DNA of 27,611 nt, from positions 1-27,611 of IMG/VR virus record IMGVR_UViG_3300037851_001237, one strand, 5' to 3'. The position numbers were made by a program, and so were the translations under genes. The DNA comes from a virus (Duplodnaviria; Caudoviricetes). The notes beneath the pieces are model-generated. The model was given only the letters and a program-made list of their open reading frames with translations, had not been told where the DNA came from and searched no databases. Every line of letters begins with the position of its first letter. Within the stretch, counting starts at the first letter, position 1. Below, piece by piece: positions 1 through 6,505 of the stretch.

Positions 1-1283
1 ATGGAGCCGTCGAGCTGGGACACCCCCACCTCCACCTCCGGCAACCGGTAGGGGTTCCACCGCACCTGCACCTTCTCCTTCGCCAACACCCCATCCATGT
101 CGCGCAGGTCGTAGGTGCGCGAGGACCGGTTGCGGGTGGGGGCGAATCGGATGCGCAGCGCCGGGTCCACCGTGGGCGTCGCCACCTCGGAGGCCACCAG
201 GGCGCGCAGCAGGTCCGGCTCCGCCGTCCGCAGCTCCCCGGCGCGGATGGTCAGCCAGGCGGAATCGCGGGTCTTGAGGTGGCGGGAATGCTTAGCGCGG
301 GAGCAGTAGTGCAGCCGCCAAAGGTCCGCCTCACGGTTGAGAGACGAGAAATCGGTTGCCTTGGTGTGAAAGCGCAGGCGGGACTCGAATCCGCGCTCGA
401 TAACTTGCTGATGACTCTCGGCTGATCCGTTCGCCCTCGGGTTTTTGAGGTGCTCCACCAGCTTCACCCCGAGCCGCTCTATCCAGGCGGAAAACAGTTT
501 CTTGGCGGCCAGGCCGGCATCCATCCCTAGCACGAACGGCACCCCGTGCATCACCTCGCCCTCGCGGCGGGTCATCGCCTCCACCATGAATTCGATCGCG
601 TTCTCCGCCGACTCGCCGCCGGGGAGATACCGCAAATGAAACGCCCCGCTCGCCTTGTCCACCACCACCCAGCGGTTCACCAGGTCCGGCTCCGCCTTGA
701 TGATGTTCTCCAACTTGTTCTTGTAGAACTTGTCCGCATCCATCACCGCCATCTTTCCGCCCGGCAGATAGAACAGGACGCAGCGCGACACGTCGATTTG
801 CCACGCCCAGTTCGGATGCTTGCTCGCCTGCGGCGTTACCGGGTGCGCCTGGCGCAACTGGTCCGGATGCAGCCGGGCCTGGCGCAGCGCGCGGGCCACG
901 GTGGAGGGGTGGGGGGCGACGATCTCCCCCGTCGCCTCATCCACCCGCCCCAGCCCCTGGGCAGCGGCGATCTCCGTCGCCGCCTTCAGGGTGGTGATCC
1001 GCTTGCCGTTGGCGCGGGTCCCGACGTGGGTCATCGCCGACGCCGCCAGCAACGTCTCCTGCATCACCGAACTCTTCCCCTTGTCCGCTCGCGTCTTCCG
1101 CGGGGCCATCAACCCCAGCCCGCCCATCTGGCGATAGAGCCATTGCCGGGGGCGGGACAGCGTGCGCTCCGCCTCCGCCAGCAGGGCATCCTTGCCCCCC
1201 TTCGGCGTGGCCGCCAGCTTCTCCGCCAACGCCCGCAGATAGTCGTGAGTCGCGAGGTCCATAGGTTCCAGCTCGGTGGTCAT
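1..1283 (-). CDS. Mu-like phage DDE transposase A (3' part truncated by window edge)
   Basis: Not in the ORF track (no stop in window). Manual translation from ATG 1283: MTTELEPMDLATHDYLRALAEKL...RKTRADKG...SKHPNWAWQIDVSRCVLFYL...FYKNKLEN...GVPFVLGMDAG...NPRANGSAE...; open to position 1. Motifs typical of B3/BcepMu-type transposases. Alternative start at 1262. Confidence 0.9.
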   Translation of the reverse strand, partial: MTTELEPMDLATHDYLRALAEKLAATPKGGKDALLAEAERTLSRPRQWLYRQMGGLGLMAPRKTRADKGKSSVMQETLLAASAMTHVGTRANGKRITTLKAATEIAAAQGLGRVDEATGEIVAPHPSTVARALRQARLHPDQLRQAHPVTPQASKHPNWAWQIDVSRCVLFYLPGGKMAVMDADKFYKNKLENIIKAEPDLVNRWVVVDKASGAFHLRYLPGGESAENAIEFMVEAMTRREGEVMHGVPFVLGMDAGLAAKKLFSAWIERLGVKLVEHLKNPRANGSAESHQQVIERGFESRLRFHTKATDFSSLNREADLWRLHYCSRAKHSRHLKTRDSAWLTIRAGELRTAEPDLLRALVASEVATPTVDPALRIRFAPTRNRSSRTYDLRDMDGVLAKEKVQVRWNPYRLPEVEVGVSQLDGS

Positions 1284-1291
1284 GGGGGGGC

Positions 1292-2272
1292 TCAGTGGGC
1301 GCGGTCGCCGTCGCCGTCCGCGTCCATCGCCGTCAGCCAAGGCGGATTCACCACCTCCTCGAAGCTCACCTCCACCCCGTAATCCACCGCCACCTGGTTG
1401 ATGCGCTGAAACAACCACCGCACCGTCTCATTGCGCAGGGTCTCCACCGGCTCCGACTGCATCATGGTGCTGTCCGCGATCGCCTTGGCAAACCGCATCA
1501 CCGAGGCGTGCATCAGCTCCGCCGCGGTCTTGATCGACTTCACCACCATCTCCTCTTGCGCCCGCTCCAGCGCCGCCGCCTCGTGGGGCGCCGGGTTGCG
1601 CAACTGGGCCACCTGCTCCCGCAGCGACTGCACCTCCGCTCCCTGCTGATCCAGCAGCGTCTTGCGCGCCTCGTAACGGGCTTTCGCCTCGTCGCGCTCC
1701 TGGGTGAGCTGGGTTTTCTCCTTGGCGTGGCGTGCGGTCAGATCCTCGATCAGCTCCATCAGGGCATCCTTGTCTCCGGTCTGGATCGCTTCGTTGTTGA
1801 GCACCAGGGCGCGCTCATCGTCCGGCAGCTTGCGCAGGGCGCGGAGCTGGCGGTAGCCGAGGCCGAGGGATTGGGAGTCTTCCAGAAACGCCTCGCCGAG
1901 CACCGAAAGGTTGCGAATGCTTTCGTCAACGATGCTCACAGAAAGGCCGATGGCCGCGCACACCTCCTCCCAAGTCCCGACGCGTCGGGACAATTTGCCC
2001 GGACCGTTGACAAGCATCCCTTTGTATTGCTTGGATTCCTTCAATTCCGCGAGCATCTTGACTCGCGACACGTTAAGGAATTTTTCGTTGATCATCGCCA
2101 TCTTGATGGCGCCGATCATCTCGGAGAGGCGCACCTGCTCTTCGCTCACCATGCCCACCAACGCGCTCGCCTCCACCTGCATCTGCGCCCCCACCACCAT
2201 GCCGGTCTCGCCCAGCGGGTTGGCCCGCGCCTGGATCGCCGCCACGTCCGTCGTTGTTGCCGTTCTCGCCAT
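1292..2272 (-). CDS. Conserved Mu-like phage early protein upstream of transposase (often annotated DUF3102-like), 326 aa
   Basis: Start reassigned to ATG 2272 (MARTATTTD...). GTWEEVC..IGLS...VDESIRNL..LGE..L.....LGLGYRQLRALRKLP...HAKEK pattern, coiled-coil C-terminus, and position directly before the transposase. Confidence 0.75.
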   Translation of the reverse strand: MARTATTTDVAAIQARANPLGETGMVVGAQMQVEASALVGMVSEEQVRLSEMIGAIKMAMINEKFLNVSRVKMLAELKESKQYKGMLVNGPGKLSRRVGTWEEVCAAIGLSVSIVDESIRNLSVLGEAFLEDSQSLGLGYRQLRALRKLPDDERALVLNNEAIQTGDKDALMELIEDLTARHAKEKTQLTQERDEAKARYEARKTLLDQQGAEVQSLREQVAQLRNPAPHEAAALERAQEEMVVKSIKTAAELMHASVMRFAKAIADSTMMQSEPVETLRNETVRWLFQRINQVAVDYGVEVSFEEVVNPPWLTAMDADGDGDRAH

Positions 2273-2276
2273 TGCT

Positions 2277-2591
2277 CTACTCCGGTCGGTACTGGGCGGC
2301 CACGCTGGCCACCCGTTGTTTGATCTCGTGCAGCCGCTGGCTGGCATCCGCCAGCTCGTCGGCATGCGCCACCGCCATCCCCAGCAGCCGCGAACCGGGG
2401 GCATAGCGCCCGGTCTCCAACCGCGTCGCCAGCCCCTTCGTCACCAGCACATCGATATAGCGGCTCACCTGCGGCGGGCTCAGCCCGGACGCGGCCGCCA
2501 GCTCCTTATTGCTCAGCCCCTGGAGCGCGTGCCCAGGCAACAGCGCCAGCAGGTCCAGGGTGTTGCGCACGGGGGAGAGGGTGTCTTTCAC
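2277..2591 (-). CDS. IclR-type helix-turn-helix DNA-binding protein, 104 aa
   Basis: GTG start at 2591 overlaps the upstream stop (GTGA); GLSNKELAAASGLSPPQVSRYIDVLVTKGLA...TGRY wHTH; typical of B3/BcepMu early operons. Confidence 0.85.
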   Translation of the reverse strand: MKDTLSPVRNTLDLLALLPGHALQGLSNKELAAASGLSPPQVSRYIDVLVTKGLATRLETGRYAPGSRLLGMAVAHADELADASQRLHEIKQRVASVAAQYRPE

Positions 2592-3151
2592 GGCTGCATC
2601 GCCTCCGGCAGGGGCAGCCAGCCCATGATGGCCTGCGGCACAGGCAGCTCGTCGCAGCCGGTGAGCAGCCAATCCTCGTTGGTGCGGTAGGCCATGTGCG
2701 TAACCATCCCATCCTCGGGATCTTCATAGCTGATCAGCACGTCCTGGAGCACCGGGGGCACCTCCTCGCCGGGGGAAATCCAGCACTCGCGCAGGGTGAG
2801 CAGGGTCTCCTCCAGAATGCGCATCCGCTCGCTGGGCTCCAGGGCGCGGATCATCCGCCCCGTCTCCGCCAGCAGCCGCGCCTCGGACTCAGCGATCATC
2901 TCCTCGGCGCGCTGTTCGGTGCGGTGGATCGGCTCCAGGTACTCGATAAACTGCCCGCGCTCGGTGGTGAATACATGCTCAGCGTGGATCGCCTCCGAGA
3001 CGCTCCGGGCCAGGCCGTTCAGCACCTCGTCATTCAGGTGGGCCAGGTAGTCGCACAGCCCCGCAACGGCGTTGCGGGTATTGCCGCGCAGGGTGGGCAG
3101 CAGGTCGCCCGCGTAGGGTGCGGCGGGTTCGATGGAAAGGAGTGCGTTCAT
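2588..3151 (-). CDS. Hypothetical phage protein with C-terminal DUF551-like domain
   Basis: C-terminus WISPGEEVPPVLQDVLI...IMGWLPLPEAMQP resembles the DUF551 pattern (WIS..E.LP...V..W.PLPE); translationally coupled to the next gene. Confidence 0.7.
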   Translation of the reverse strand: MNALLSIEPAAPYAGDLLPTLRGNTRNAVAGLCDYLAHLNDEVLNGLARSVSEAIHAEHVFTTERGQFIEYLEPIHRTEQRAEEMIAESEARLLAETGRMIRALEPSERMRILEETLLTLRECWISPGEEVPPVLQDVLISYEDPEDGMVTHMAYRTNEDWLLTGCDELPVPQAIMGWLPLPEAMQP

Positions 3152-3162
3152 GGTTGTTCTCT

Positions 3163-3186
3163 AGGGTTAAGGGTTAAGGGTTAAGG
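3163..3186 (+). repeat. Short tandem repeat (AGGGTTA) x3.4
   Basis: agggtta agggtta agggtta agg read directly. Confidence 0.9.
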
Positions 3187-3192
3187 CTCCTA

Positions 3193-3242
3193 TCGTTCCC
3201 ACGCTCCAGCGTGGGAATGCGTTCCCGCCCGCTCCAGCGGGC
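3193..3242 (+). repeat. REP-like palindromic element, family A, copy 1
   Basis: TCGTTCCCACGCTCCAGCGTGGGAATGC hairpin plus second hairpin GCCCGCTCCAGCGGGC; exact 28-bp reverse complement at 6259-6286. Confidence 0.85.
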
Positions 3243-3310
3243 CGTATTGGGCGGGGCCTGCCCCGTGCTAGAGTTGGATTCCCCAACCACAACCCCAGCC
3301 GGGAGGCCCC

Positions 3311-3865
3311 ATGAAAAACCTATCCGATACCCTGTCCGCCGCGGTGGACCGGGCCGCCAACTCGGTTGGCGTCATCACCCTGCTGCTCGCCATCGGCGCC
3401 TTCGGCATCGCCTTCCCCTTCGTCGGCCCGGCCAATGCCCTGGGTCCAGCCTTGGCCGTATTCGGCCTCATAGGCGCGCTCGAAGTACTCCAGCGAAACC
3501 TGCACGCCCAGCGTGAGCAGCAGCGCGATCTGGTCCGGCAATTTGAGCGGATCTTCGAGCAGAGCTTCGCCGCCCATCCCGACTGGCATCCCAAGCGGTT
3601 CAAATCCCTGCGCTACCGGGGCGTCTGCTTCAACGCGGTGGGCTTCGAGGAGCTGCCGCTCCCCCTCGCCATCGCCGGTCCGCTCTGCCCCCGCTGCCAG
3701 GCGAAGCTCGCCGCGACGCAGCTCCACCCATTTCCCTTCCTCCATCGCGTAGAGCTTCGGTGCCAGGACGCCTGCGGCTTTGCGCTGGCAACCCCTTATG
3801 GCCCGTATGAGCTGCTGTTTCAGGTTCATCAGATGGCAAACTCCATCAAGATCGACGCGGAATAA
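3311..3865 (+). CDS. Accessory membrane protein (two N-terminal TM helices, C-terminal Cys-rich putative Zn ribbon), antisense to the early operon
   Basis: GGAGG SD before ATG; hydrophobic segments GVITLLLAIGAFGIAFPFV and ALGPALAVFGLIGALEVL; CPRC...CQDACG. Confidence 0.7.
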   Translation: MKNLSDTLSAAVDRAANSVGVITLLLAIGAFGIAFPFVGPANALGPALAVFGLIGALEVLQRNLHAQREQQRDLVRQFERIFEQSFAAHPDWHPKRFKSLRYRGVCFNAVGFEELPLPLAIAGPLCPRCQAKLAATQLHPFPFLHRVELRCQDACGFALATPYGPYELLFQVHQMANSIKIDAE

Positions 3866-4045
3866 TCAGTAGGTCAGTTGCAGCCGCAGTTCGTCGAGCG
3901 CGGCGGTCAATTCCTTCCGCGTCTCCGGCTCCCAGTCCGGACGCAGCGAAGGGCCGTCGTAGGCCAGCAGGGCGAGGCGGATCAACTCCGCCTGCTTGGG
4001 GTCGAGGCGGACGGTCACGGCGCGGGGTTTCAGGCGTTTGGTCAC
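3866..4045 (-). CDS. Small early protein, 59 aa (below ORF-track cutoff)
   Basis: GTG start overlaps the Ner-like stop (GTGA); MTKRLKPRAVTVRLDPKQAELIRLALLAYDGPSLRPDWEPETRKELTAALDELRLQLTY; its stop abuts the stop of 3311..3865. Confidence 0.65.
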   Translation of the reverse strand: MTKRLKPRAVTVRLDPKQAELIRLALLAYDGPSLRPDWEPETRKELTAALDELRLQLTY

Positions 4046-4284
4046 AGCGGCGCTCTCATTTTTTCCAGGTGGGTGAGTTTGGTGATCGTTCCGGTCTTGA
4101 GCCGGAAGAACACCGCCAGGTCGTGCGCCCGCCCGCGGCGGCCCTTGTGGCGCCCGTGCAGCATGTCGCTCAATGCGGTGCGCGGGACCCCAAGCCGTTC
4201 CGCCAGGCCGGCCACGGTGAGCCCAGACTCCTCAAGCGAAGTGAGAAGCTGGTCACGGGTGCGCAGTTGTCGGACTTTTCCCAT
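4042..4284 (-). CDS. Ner/Cro-like DNA-binding protein (BcepMu gp16-like family)
   Basis: HTH GLTVAGLAERLGVPRTALSDMLHG followed by RHKGRRGRAHDLAVFFRLKTG; divergent from the repressor. Confidence 0.85.
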   Translation of the reverse strand: MGKVRQLRTRDQLLTSLEESGLTVAGLAERLGVPRTALSDMLHGRHKGRRGRAHDLAVFFRLKTGTITKLTHLEKMRAPL

Positions 4285-4328
4285 TGGGGCTGCTTTCGTA
4301 TTGCGTTAAAGTGGGCTTGTGTGGGTTT

Positions 4329-4357
4329 AGTATGGTGCCGAATTCGGCACCTGTCAA
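4329..4357 (-). promoter_or_regulatory. Early lytic promoter (sigma70) driving the ner-transposase operon
   Basis: Minus strand TTGACA (4357-4352), 17 bp spacer, CATACT (4334-4329). Confidence 0.75.
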
Positions 4358-4380
4358 TGAAAAAGTGCAGAAATCGGCAT
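4334..4380. promoter_or_regulatory. Operator sites for repressor/Ner
   Basis: Perfect 18-bp palindrome GGTGCCGAATTCGGCACC (4334-4351) filling the promoter spacer; degenerate copy GTGCAGAAATCGGCAT (4365-4380) overlapping the repressor start. Confidence 0.75.
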
Positions 4381-4765
4381 GAGCGAGATTGGCGACCGGA
4401 TTAAAGAGGAGCGCGAGCGCCTGGGGCTTACGCAGCCTCAGTTTGCCGAGGCGGCCGGGGCGGCTAAGCGGACGCTCATAGAATGGGAAAAGGGGGCTAC
4501 TGCCCCAACCGCGGTGCAGCTTTCGGCACTCGGCAAGATTGGCGTAGACATGCTCTACATCCTCACCGGGCAGCGGACGGGGGGAACGGGCGGAGGGCCT
4601 TCGACAAGCTCAGGCTCCGCAATCACCCCGCGCGAAACGGCGTTGCTGGACAACTACCGCGCCTGCGCGGAGGAGGATCAGCGGGCCATAGATCGGGTGG
4701 CCCTGTGCGCCGCGGAGGCGCAACGGATCGCGGGCGAACTCAAGGACGTGAAAAAGCGGGCGTAG
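4379..4765 (+). CDS. Prophage repressor, XRE/HTH_3 family
   Basis: IGDRIKEERERLGLTQPQFAEAAGAAKRTLIEWEKG...L..LGKIGVDMLYILTG, C-terminal E..LLDNYR motif; divergent from ner. Confidence 0.92.
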   Translation: MSEIGDRIKEERERLGLTQPQFAEAAGAAKRTLIEWEKGATAPTAVQLSALGKIGVDMLYILTGQRTGGTGGGPSTSSGSAITPRETALLDNYRACAEEDQRAIDRVALCAAEAQRIAGELKDVKKRA

Positions 4766-4786
4766 TGGAGCCCGGCCCTGGGGCCG
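4766..4786 (+). repeat. 21-bp direct repeat / REP-like palindrome, copy 1
   Basis: TGGAGCCCGGCCCTGGGGCCG, identical at 5512-5532. Confidence 0.85.
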
Positions 4787-4853
4787 TTCCGAAGGATTCG
4801 GTGAGGAAGAAGGCGGGATAACCATCCCAACCATAAACCGTGGAGAGAGACCT

Positions 4854-5381
4854 ATGAACATCAATGACCGAATCGACGCGCTTGAGGAGCAGCTCCAGCG
4901 CATCGCCGCCATGCTGACGCAGAGCGTAGAGATCGGCGAGGCGCGAGGCGACCTCCATCATCGGCATCTCATGTCGATCCACGAGCAGATTGACGCGGCG
5001 CTTCCCGTGCTTGAGGTGGTCGGCCAGCGTGTCGATGCGGTCTGCGTTCTGGTCGATAAGCTGAAGGTCAAAGTGGAGGCTGACGCCAACCTGCGCGGGA
5101 CTACGGATCGCTACATTTTGCAATTGCTGATGAAGCATCTGGGGGCGTCCAGAAGCGGCTTCATCTTCCTGCTCGAACAAGAAATCGCCAAAGCTGGCGA
5201 ACTCGCGCCGCTGCTGCGGAAGCAATTTCAGCCATACATCGACGGCAGCCGGGAAGCGCTTTTCTCCGACTTTCCGGAACAATCAGTTGGGCTGCCTTCG
5301 CCCGCCAATCGGCCATCCTGGTTTCGTGGCGTGATTGAAGGAGGGCTGACTCCAGCATCAGACGACGAGACTTCGTCCTAG
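4854..5381 (+). CDS. Hypothetical accessory protein, 175 aa, helical, lower GC
   Basis: GGAGAGAG upstream of ATG; protein-like composition; no family recognised. Confidence 0.65.
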   Translation: MNINDRIDALEEQLQRIAAMLTQSVEIGEARGDLHHRHLMSIHEQIDAALPVLEVVGQRVDAVCVLVDKLKVKVEADANLRGTTDRYILQLLMKHLGASRSGFIFLLEQEIAKAGELAPLLRKQFQPYIDGSREALFSDFPEQSVGLPSPANRPSWFRGVIEGGLTPASDDETSS

Positions 5382-5457
5382 CAGACTCAAGCGCCTGCCG
5401 GAGTACTTCAAAATCCGTTGCGCTTAAGTAGGCATCTGGTTTGGTTTTATTGTTCAT
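5161..5457 (-). CDS. Possible small protein, 98 aa, overlapping 4854..5381 tail-to-tail
   Basis: GGAG SD upstream of ATG 5457; the ~220-bp antisense overlap makes it doubtful. Confidence 0.3.
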   Translation of the reverse strand: MNNKTKPDAYLSATDFEVLRQALESARTKSRRLMLESALLQSRHETRMADWRAKAAQLIVPESRRKALPGCRRCMAEIASAAAARVRQLWRFLVRAGR

Positions 5458-5511
5458 TCGATACTCCGGCAGCTGGAGCAGTTCCAGCGGGTAGGTTTCG
5501 GTTACAGCCCC

Positions 5512-5535
5512 TGGAGCCCGGCCCTGGGGCCGGGC
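5512..5535 (+). repeat. 21-bp direct repeat / REP-like palindrome, copy 2 (complete hairpin)
   Basis: TGGA GCCCGGCCC TG GGGCCGGGC. Confidence 0.85.
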
Positions 5536-5550
5536 GTGAAGGCGGCGGGG

Positions 5551-5733
5551 CTACAGCACCAGCAGGGCGAAGGTCCACAAGATGGTCGCGAAGTCCAGCA
5601 ACGCCCCGGCGATCTCCTCGCCCAGGGTGGTTGGTCGCGGCTGCTGCGGGTATTGGCCCTTTCCGATGCGCCGCAGCGCATTGGCGAAGGTAAAAAAGAA
5701 AAGAGCAAACATTGCGTAGAGGTAAATCGTCAT
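5551..5733 (-). CDS. Small two-TM membrane protein, 60 aa
   Basis: MTIYLYAMFALFFFTFANALRRIGKGQYPQQPRPTTLGEEIAGALLDFATILWTFALLVL; weak SD; start shares CATG with the plus-strand gene. Confidence 0.4.
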   Translation of the reverse strand: MTIYLYAMFALFFFTFANALRRIGKGQYPQQPRPTTLGEEIAGALLDFATILWTFALLVL

Positions 5734-6052
5734 GGCGGATTCCGAAGTGGGGTTTTGGGTTGTGTTGGCTAAACAGGCCCTGGACGTGATGAAGGCGGCC
5801 AAGGAGTTGATCCCGGTGGATCGCCGGCCCGAAATGGACCGCGCCATCGAACAGGCTGACCAGCAACTGCGGAGATCCGACGCGGCCCTGGCGCAAGCGC
5901 TTGGTTACCCCCTCTGCCGCTGCACCTTCCCGCCCCAGGTCATGTTGGCGAACGGCCGCGACGGCTATTACTGTCCAGGGTGCAAGCGGGATACCGGCCC
6001 GCAATACGCCGAGGTAGCGCCCCGCGATGATCGGTTCGATGGGTTCATTTAG
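5732..6052 (+). CDS. Hypothetical Cys-rich (putative Zn-binding) protein, 106 aa
   Basis: GAGG SD; helical N-terminus then LGYPLCRCTFPPQVML...YYCPGCK. Confidence 0.7.
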   Translation: MADSEVGFWVVLAKQALDVMKAAKELIPVDRRPEMDRAIEQADQQLRRSDAALAQALGYPLCRCTFPPQVMLANGRDGYYCPGCKRDTGPQYAEVAPRDDRFDGFI

Positions 6053-6219
6053 TTGGGCGTGCTGCACTTAATCATGTCGTAAAGCGCCGCACAGGAAGCG
6101 CCAAGACCGAGCGCGATCCCGACATACAGGCACGGGGCGACGTTGGCGGCCTGGAGCGCCATTGACGCGGTGCCGGTATAAAGCCCCATTACGCTCACAA
6201 ACCTGAGAGCTTTAAGCAT
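6049..6219 (-). CDS. Small two-TM membrane protein, 56 aa
   Basis: GAGGTGG SD before ATG 6219; MLKALRFVSVMGLYTGTASMALQAANVAPCLYVGIALGLGASCAALYDMIKCSTPN; stop overlaps the stop of 5732..6052. Confidence 0.5.
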   Translation of the reverse strand: MLKALRFVSVMGLYTGTASMALQAANVAPCLYVGIALGLGASCAALYDMIKCSTPN

Positions 6220-6235
6220 AACCACCTCTATCCAC

Positions 6236-6286
6236 GCGCCGCTGGAGCGGCGCACTCTGCATTCCCACGCTGGAGCGTGGGAACGA
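6236..6286 (-). repeat. REP-like palindromic element, family A, copy 2
   Basis: GCATTCCCACGCTGGAGCGTGGGAACGA (6259-6286) is the exact reverse complement of 3193-3220; second hairpin GCGCCGCTGGAGCGGCGC. Confidence 0.85.
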
Positions 6287-6362
6287 GAAGAGCCAAATAA
6301 GCGCCCCTCAGACGCTCCCGGCGCCCCACCCGCTGCCATCGCCCGCCGAAGCGCCTAGACCC

Positions 6363-6505
6363 CGTTTATAAACGTTCTCCGGGGGCTTGCCGCCCCCTGG
6401 AAGCTCCGCTTCCAGGCTCGCATCCTACCTTTCCTCTTTTTGCCCAAGTCAGGCGGAATCCATTCCGCCTGCAACGCCTTCGCGCGACCCGGCATCCTGT
6501 GCACC
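6363..6505 (+). promoter_or_regulatory. Putative late promoter region of the head/tail operon, with dyad sites
   Basis: Palindromes CGTTTATAAACG (6363-6374), CCTGGAAGC-TCC-GCTTCCAGG (6396-6416) and CAGGCGGAAT-CC-ATTCCGCCTG (6450-6471). The last is positioned like a Mor/C-family activator site; no consensus -35 seen. Confidence 0.5.

Noticed and set aside
1284-1290. G7 tract just upstream of the transposase start as a phase-variation site
   Set aside because: Short, intergenic and unremarkable at this GC content; only notable for the absence of an SD
546-2323. Plus-strand ORFs 546..1382 and 1295..2323
   Set aside because: Shadows of the transposase and its upstream gene, which have recognisable motifs on the minus strand
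3320-3829. 169-aa minus-strand ORF fully antisense to 3311..3865
   Set aside because: C-terminal half is a low-complexity mirror of the TM-coding strand; the plus ORF has a better SD and protein features. Not fully excluded
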